Positions 62,541-64,000 of a stretch of DNA of 64,000 nucleotides are shown here, piece by piece. Made by a program: the position numbers and the translations under genes. The stretch covers positions 18,912,001 through 18,976,000 of the forward strand of contig CM075987.1 of the NCBI GenBank assembly GCA_038087875.1, in the 5' to 3' direction. The DNA comes from Malacoraja senta. Taxonomy: Eukaryota. The notes below the pieces were generated by a model that had not been told where the DNA came from, did no database searches, and saw only the letters and a program-made list of their open reading frames with translations. Every line of letters begins with the position of its first letter. Position 1 is the stretch's first letter.

Positions 62541-64000
62541 AAAATGTAAAATAGACCTCTTCTACTCTGCAGTGTCAATTGTATCAGAAACAAAATGTAG
62601 CTGAAATCCTTTATGCCTGAAATTTTAGTAAATCTCTTCAGTACCTTAGTAACACCTTTGCATAGAGGGTGACCAGAAATGTATTCAATACATACATCTT
62701 CATGTTAGGTCTGCATTTGTTTTATGGAATTGTTGCATCATCTAAAAGACCAATGGAAGCAAAGATAGTTTACTTTAGTTTATTATTTTTATACGTACAG
62801 AGGTACAGTGAAAAGCTTTTGTTTGCGTGCTATCCAGTCAAAGAAAAGACCATACATGAATACAATCAAGCTGTCTACAGTGCAGAGATAAAGGATAAAG
62901 GGTGCAACATTTAGTGCACGAGAAAAGAAACAATTTTGTTTTCGATGATGCTTTTCACATTCCTTTCCAGATATCCGACACACTTTGCAGTTAACTAAGC
63001 TTTTCTGAGTTGTAATTGCTAACAAGCTTTTCTGAGTTGTAATTGTTCATTATAATGTCAAAATCAGAGCAACAAAATAAATTCGTAAAATATGCAAAGG
63101 ACTAATCCGTTTTTGTTTCATAATGTGGAAATAAAGATTGGCCAGACCAGAGCAGAACAAAAAAATTCTTTCACACTTCCACGCTCAGGACAAAATAAGG
63201 ACAAGCTGATTTCCAGCTGTTAACAAAACATTGCAAACTTTATTTCATTAAAATACGAACATGGTTTTAAAAATACAATAAGTAATAAGAACTTTCCAAG
63301 GGATATATATAGAATTTTAAAGTTTCCATTGTTATTATTTAAATGATTGCCTTGCCATAATTTGGACAATTAAATGACTCATTTGGAAGATTTCAGAAGT
63401 GAATTATCATGATTCGTTAATATGTATCATAGTCCAACTTTGTTAAAAAGTAAAATCTGAGTAATAAATATACAATACAAGCTCACTGCAAATCACCTTT
63501 GAATAACAAAACAGGAAAACTTATAACAGATCACTCAATGACATAGGTGCATGGTGAATAATTTAAAATTTAACGTTGATTATAATTTTCCTCAAAGCAC
63601 AATAATAGCATGCCGTCTGGTTCTTGCAGCAAAATGCTGTAGGAAGTTCATGTATTTCATCAGTGCTTGGGAAAAATTAAAATAGGAGGGGACTCAGCAG
63701 GTCAGGCAGCATCTGTGGAGGGAAATGTATGGAAGATGCTTTGGGTCAGGACCCTACTTCAACACTAGTTTTGAGCTTAATATTGTCTCCTTTGTATTAG
63801 ACTTTCCCCTAATAATCCGCACCAAGGAAAGACTGAGCTCAACATGAAATAACGGAATATTAATTTCCATTGATCTAAATAAAGTTACAAATTTGTCATG
63901 ATCATTAATCACCTTGAAAGTCAAGCCATTTTGTACCAAAGTTATAAAGTGCAACAAAAGTCAGTTTTCAGTTTTGAAATTGAGAAACTTAGAGCAATCA

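Noticed and set aside
63754..63957. Exon of a neighbouring gene
   Set aside because: No recognisable homology; plus-strand frames contain stops.

Overview
Vertebrate genomic DNA, most likely a cartilaginous fish (skate/ray-type repeat landscape; species is inference). The window holds one complete protein-coding gene on the minus strand: QSOX2 (sulfhydryl oxidase 2), 12 coding exons from ATG 58763 to TAA 1479, 2052 nt = 683 aa, all introns GT-AG with consistent phases. A CpG-island promoter at ~58.8-59.0 kb contains a duplicated X-box/CRE module. The introns are packed with transposons: CR1, L1, RTE-X-like and L2/Rex-Babar-like LINEs, three Tc1 elements, a hAT-like element with a 5-bp TSD, putative Helitrons, and many Penelope-type terminal repeats with minimal hammerhead-ribozyme-like cores. 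The most striking object is a 4.65-kb non-autonomous LTR retroelement (32902-37549; 161-bp LTRs, tRNA-Ser PBS, PPT, 5-bp TSD) nested in a Tc1 in intron 2. It has no pol, but carries one long reading frame fusing a Gypsy Gag N-terminus to captured, intron-less pieces of two host cell-division genes, ASPM (IQ repeats) and TLK2 (coiled-coil region). Homology calls come from recognising protein motifs by eye; no database searches were run.
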